From contig CM059432.1 of NCBI GenBank assembly GCA_030390025.1, positions 137,952,001-138,016,000 on the forward strand: 64,000 bases of DNA, read 5' to 3'. Shown one piece after another: positions 59,135-64,000 of the stretch; position 1 is the first letter of the stretch; the number at the start of each line of letters is the position of its first letter. Source of the DNA: Squalus acanthias (lineage: Eukaryota). Position numbers and translations under genes: made by a program. The notes below the pieces were generated by a model. That model saw nothing but the letters and a program-made list of their open reading frames with translations. It was not told where the DNA came from and made no database searches.

Positions 59135-60691
59135 GGGTGCGCGGCCGCAACATCTGTATAGACATCAAAGCACTTGGTGGGTGTCAGGAAATTGCAACAA
59201 AAAAAAAGTATGGGCTTTTCTAAACTTTGCAATTTTTTAAAAAAAACTTAAATTTCAGTTGTGATGGGGGGGGGGGGGGAGGAGGAAGAGGAGAGAGAAG
59301 TAAGCAATCTGCTCTGATTCACCCTCAGGACCATTGCATTTGTATTGAGGACTATGTATATGCAAAAGAAACTTGTATGTTGACATTAATTCCTATCAGT
59401 GTGTTGATGACGTTGCATTGATTTTTTGGCGTCTGTTTTTTAAGATTTGCAATCGACACAACTCCCCCCCCCCCCCCCCCACCACCACCAACACACACAC
59501 TGCCAGTTAATTACATTAAATTATTTTGGGTGGGTTAAAGCTATATAACTGCTGGAATAATTCAATACTGATAGGGAAACTATAATGTTCAACATAAACA
59601 CAACTTAAGTTTTGTACATTGCGTTCTAACTTCATAACTTGGCCCATTCTGACCTTCTGTTTTGATTGCCAGTTAGTATATAAGGCTTTAAATCTGTTTT
59701 CTTTATGGTAAAATACCCCAGTAACTACTTTCAGACTGCGGGCTTAGTTCTTTGACCTGTATGCGGAAAAAAAAGACCTGGACGGTTTAAATAAATATAT
59801 TCATTCATAAATAAATGGATGTATTTCAGTGTGTGTTACCAAACTTTTAGTTTATTCATCATGTCAAGAAATGGAGGGAGGTGGAGGAGGAATGCATATT
59901 AACTTTTCATGTGGAGGGTAAACAAGGCTAAAACAGCATGCAGCAGCAGTTTACATTGATCCTCAGTATTGTCCTTGAGGGCTGTGTGGGTCATAACGAC
60001 TTAAAAAGAAACCTTGTACATGTAGATTTGATCAGAATTATTTCTGAAGAGGCTCATGTGTCAGAATGATGTTGTGTAACTTAATTTTTGGTCGGTGTTT
60101 GGGGCTTAAACAATGTAATTTTTGGATCGGTTTTGAGCCTGTGTGCTTTGAATGCCAATTGCGCTTTGAATCTTTAAAAAAAAAATATTATTTTATATTA
60201 TTACAACTGCAACAGATATGCTAAAAGACATATGTTTCTTATTCACAGGATACTCTAATAGGCAAGTTAAACAACACAATCTGTGTCAATGTGTTGCTGA
60301 AACCACTTAGAATCAAACAGAATCTGTAGTATAATTCAGGCATGAAGTCACCAAACTGACTTCGTGCCAACTATGGTGTAACACCAACCGAAATTAAACC
60401 AAAAACATTTAAAAACCACAGTTTTGTTTGTAATCTTCCAGAAATAACTCTCATTTCCATTGATCTGCAGTATGGGGCGAAACATTTGCTCTTCATGCGG
60501 AATATAAGCCTCTTGCTGATGTTCCTTTACCCCCCACACCATCCCTTACACCAGCGCTGGATCACCAGTAATGACCCATTGTCTGTCACTCATTGATGCA
60601 ATTCAGAGTTAACCACCTGTTCAAACATATAGCCAGAGCATCTGCCATCTCTTACCTCTAAAGATAATTGCACTGACAGGCATTCAGTATT

Positions 60692-60852
60692 ATAGAATCA
60701 TAGAATAGTACAGCACAGAAGGAGGCCATTCGGCCCATCGAGTCTGCACTGGCTCTTTCCAAGAGTAATCCAGTTAGTCCCACTGTCCCGCTCTTTCCCC
60801 ATATCCCTGCAATTTTTTCTCCTTCAAGTATTTATCCGATTCCCATTTTGAA
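60692..60852 (-). mobile_element. CR1 3' tail fragment
   Basis: Matches 51363-51530. Confidence 0.8.
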
Positions 60853-61185
60853 GTATCAAACTTCTAAAGCATATTTGTTTTGTCCTTTTATTTTTAAAAA
60901 AAAGGGCCACAGTAATGAGCATATCAGTTGGTGAAACGATACCAGTTAAAAATGACAACTACATAAAATCTGGATTATAATCTCCGCATTATGATACCCC
61001 AGTTTAGCCAGTGAGTAGTTGACAGATATAAACCAGGAAGTTGTCAGGTGGAGTGAGCTTGCATCCCATGACGTTACTCCAAATTGTACAAAGCGTTTTG
61101 AGAGTGTGTTATTGTGCTCTCTTTTAATAAGATTCGGACAGATTGAGTAATCAACAAATAAGTTTTAATGACAAGAACAAAGATT

Positions 61186-62041
61186 ATATAGCGCATTTCA
61201 CGCAGTCCCAAAGCGCTACACCGACAATGAAGTGTGGTCACTGTCATAATGTAGGGAAACGCAGCAACCAATTTGCACAATGCAAGGTCCCACAAACAGT
61301 ACAATGAATCTGCTTTAGAAAGAAAGACTTGCATTTCTATAGCGCCTTTCATGACCACTGGATGTCTCAAAGCGCTTTACAGCCAATGAAGTATTTTTGA
61401 AGTGTAGTCACTGTTGTAATGTAGGAAACGTGGCAGCCAATTTGCGCACAGCAAGCTCCCACTAAACAGCAATGTGATAATGACCAGAAAATCTGTTTTA
61501 GTGATGTTGATTAAGGGATAAATATTGGCCAGGACACCGGGGATAACTCCCCTGCTCTTCTTCAAAATAGTGCCATGGGATCTTTTACGTTCACCTAAGA
61601 GAGCAGACGGGGCCTCGGTTTAGTGTCTCATCCAAAAGGCGGCACCTCCGACAGTGCAGCACTCCCTCAGTACTGCACTGGAGTGTCTGCCTGGGTGTAT
61701 GTGCTCAAGTCTCTGGAGTGAGACTTGAACCCACAACCTTCTGACTCGGAGGTGAGGGTGCTACCAATTGACACTTGGTGATGTTGGTTGAGGGATAAAT
61801 CTTGGCCAGAACACGATGGAGAACTCCCCTTCTCAAATAGTGGCATGGGATCTTTAATGCCCACCACAGAGGGCAGATGGGGTCTCGGTTTATCGTCTCA
61901 TCTGAAAGAAGGCATCTCTGACACTCCCTCAGTGCTGCAATGAAGTGTCAGCCAAGATTATGTTCTCAACTTTCTGGTGTGGGGCATGAACCCACAATCT
62001 TCTGCTGCAGAGGCAAGAATGTTACTCACTAAGGCTGACAC
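61186..62041 (-). mobile_element. Stack of SacSINE1-like SINEs (61186-61315 partial, 61318-61770 near full, 61775-62041 older 5' half)
   Basis: Reverse complement of the SINE head, core and tail. Confidence 0.82.
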
Positions 62042-62863
62042 ATAGATATTCCCCACTCTTGATAATACCATGCTTGCCTGCTCCTAACTTCTTGCTATCT
62101 GGAGTGTATAGTCCCTCTAATGTCTGTGGTGTGTGAATAAATATAAGGCATTAATATGGCCCTGTAACCAGGATAATCCTACAGAGTGAACCAGGAACCA
62201 GATTAAGGACCAGATGATCTGGAATGAATATTGCATGTCTAGTTGACAGGCTAAATGGGGTATTAGTGATATGCTTTCAAGTAAGAGAGACATTAACTGC
62301 TATTAACCAATGGTTTACACACACACATTTTGATTTGCATGAGTACCATCTTTCTCTGCAGCTATCTGTATACATGTTCCAACATGGCAAAATGATGGCA
62401 AAACTTTGTAGCATTAATTACCTTTTGGTTAGCCCATCTTATCTGTCAGGTGAAGGTAGGTGATGTTTAATTTGGCATCTGTGGCAGTACAGAAAGTTTG
62501 CAAAGAATATTTTTATGAAGTTATTGATATACTATCACAATGATGGCAAAAGAAAAAAAATCTTAAGTGTTTTGTATAATGAACATTCTGATTCATAAAC
62601 ACTATTTTGGCATCTCTGTTAGCACCAGTGCTCTCTAAGCATTCACGTTCCTGATTATCCTCCGAAATTTTTTGCAAGGCATAACCTTGTGAGAAAATAC
62701 CACACTGCACCAGCTATTAACATGTAAGTTAACATCGCAGCACAAGTAAGATAAGACTCCATTTATCTTATTTATATTATACTTGCCTTTGTTCCAGCGC
62801 TAAGAGTATTTCTGTACTTTTATCCAGTGTAGTGGTGGGGGGAGGGTTCACTGCTGTGGACTA

Positions 62864-63375
62864 CATAGAATTTACAGCACAGAAACAGGCCATTCGGCCC
62901 AACTGCTCTATGCCGGTGTTTATGTTCCACACGAGCCTCCTCCCATCCTACTTTGTCTCACCCTATCAGCATAACCTTCTATTCCTTTCTCCCTCGTGCA
63001 CTTATCTAGCTTCCCTTTAAATGCATCTATACTATTCGCCTCACCTACCCCTTGTGGTAGCGAGTTCCACATTCTCACCACTGTCTGGCTAAAGAAGTTT
63101 CTCCTGAATTCCCTATTGGATTTATTAGTGACTATCTTATATTTATGGCCGTTAGTTTTGGTCTCCCCCACAAGTGGAAACATCTTCTCTACGTTTACCC
63201 TATCAAACCCTTTCATAATGTTAAAGACCTCTATCAGGTCGCCTCTCAGTTTTCAGCCCCGGCCTGTTCAGCCTTTCCTGATAGTTATAACCTCTCAGTT
63301 CTGGTATCATCCTTGTGAATCTTTTTTGCACTTTCTCTGGTGCCTCTATAACCTTTTTTATAATATGGAGACCAG
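62864..63375 (-). mobile_element. CR1 3' fragment
   Basis: MKGFDRVNVEKMFPLVGETKTNGHKYKI..WNSLPQ plus the 3' UTR. Confidence 0.88.
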
Positions 63376-63636
63376 AGTAATGGCGGTCGCACTATATATT
63401 TTTGCGATGGCTTTCATCAAAATTTTGTTTAGTGACTTAGAGATTTGGTTGGGGAAAAGGTCGAGTCACCAAATCTCGCTGTTGCCTCATGCTCCCCAAA
63501 GTAATCTCTCTGGTACTGGAAAATACAAATCATTTACTTGCGGTTTGAAGCTGATTATCATTAAATCTGGAACGAATTACTCATTCTTTGACCACTTTCC
63601 ATCAATTTGTTTTATCGTGATTTAGTCCGCTCTAAA

Positions 63637-64000
63637 AAAAAGACTTGCATTTATATAGCGCCTTTCATAACCTCAGGACGTCCCAAAGCGCTTTACAGCT
63701 CATGAAATACTTTTTGAAGTGTAGTCCCTGTTGTATTGCAGGAAATGCAGCAGCCAATTTGTGCACAGCAAGCTCCCACAAACTGCAATGTGATAATGAC
63801 CAGTTATCTGTTTTAGTGATGTTGATTGAGGGATAAATATTGGCCCAGGACACCGGGGAGAACTCCCCTGCTCTTCTTCAAAAGAGCCCTATGGGATCCT
63901 TTACGTCCACCTGAGAGAGCAGACAGGGCCTCGCTTTAACGTCTCATCCGAAAGACAGCACCTCCGACAGTGCAGGACTGGAGTGTCGGCGCAGAAATTT
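63637..64000 (-). mobile_element. SacSINE1-like SINE, cut by the window edge
   Basis: Reverse complement of the SINE tail and core. Confidence 0.85.

Larger units (their letters stand above)
57900..59500. promoter_or_regulatory. Putative promoter / first-exon island
   Basis: No recognisable TE from ~57.6 to 60.7 kb; locally elevated CpG (e.g. 59060-59150); GC box GGGGCGGG at ~58072; (GA)n, (CA)n and poly-C/G tracts; several splice-donor motifs. Confidence 0.5.

Noticed and set aside
58637..59240. Overlapping 86-164 aa ORFs
   Set aside because: They are by-products of GA/CA microsatellites (SLSLSL, ERERER, HTHTH).
62996..63625. 209-aa hydrophobic ORF resembling a membrane protein
   Set aside because: It is mostly the antisense of a CR1 3' fragment.
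1..64000. CRISPR array, retron, DGR or other prokaryotic RT-based system
   Set aside because: There are no regularly spaced repeats or operons. All RT fragments are vertebrate non-LTR retrotransposons and the context is eukaryotic, with spliceosomal introns and SINEs.

Overview
Repeat-dense eukaryotic DNA, most likely from a cartilaginous fish (shark). The repeat complement is HER1/CR1-type LINEs, L2 LINEs, SacSINE1-like Deu-domain SINEs, RTE and Tx1 fragments and Penelope-derived hairpins. Most of the window is layered transposable elements. These include a near full-length L2 (643-4354) and a full-length CR1 with an intact esterase ORF1, nested in an older CR1 tail and itself interrupted by a 1.37-kb solo LTR (7608-14026). 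A structurally complete but mutated two-gene PIF/Harbinger transposon with an ATT target-site duplication (TSD) splits another CR1 (18688-22969). There are three further Harbinger relics, Harbinger/hAT/Tc1 MITEs with readable terminal inverted repeats (TIRs) and TSDs, and about a dozen SINEs. The most notable non-coding signal is five minimal short-stem-III hammerhead ribozyme motifs in Penelope-derived ends. Two of them form an 85-bp near-perfect hairpin inserted with a 13-bp TSD (47455-47666). No host gene can be named. A TE-free, promoter-like island at about 57.6-60.7 kb and three phase-compatible small minus-strand exon candidates hint at the 5' end of a large gene, at low confidence. Family names come from recalled motifs, not a database search. 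I see no convincing evidence of a wholly new biological system; the findings are unusual arrangements of known element classes.
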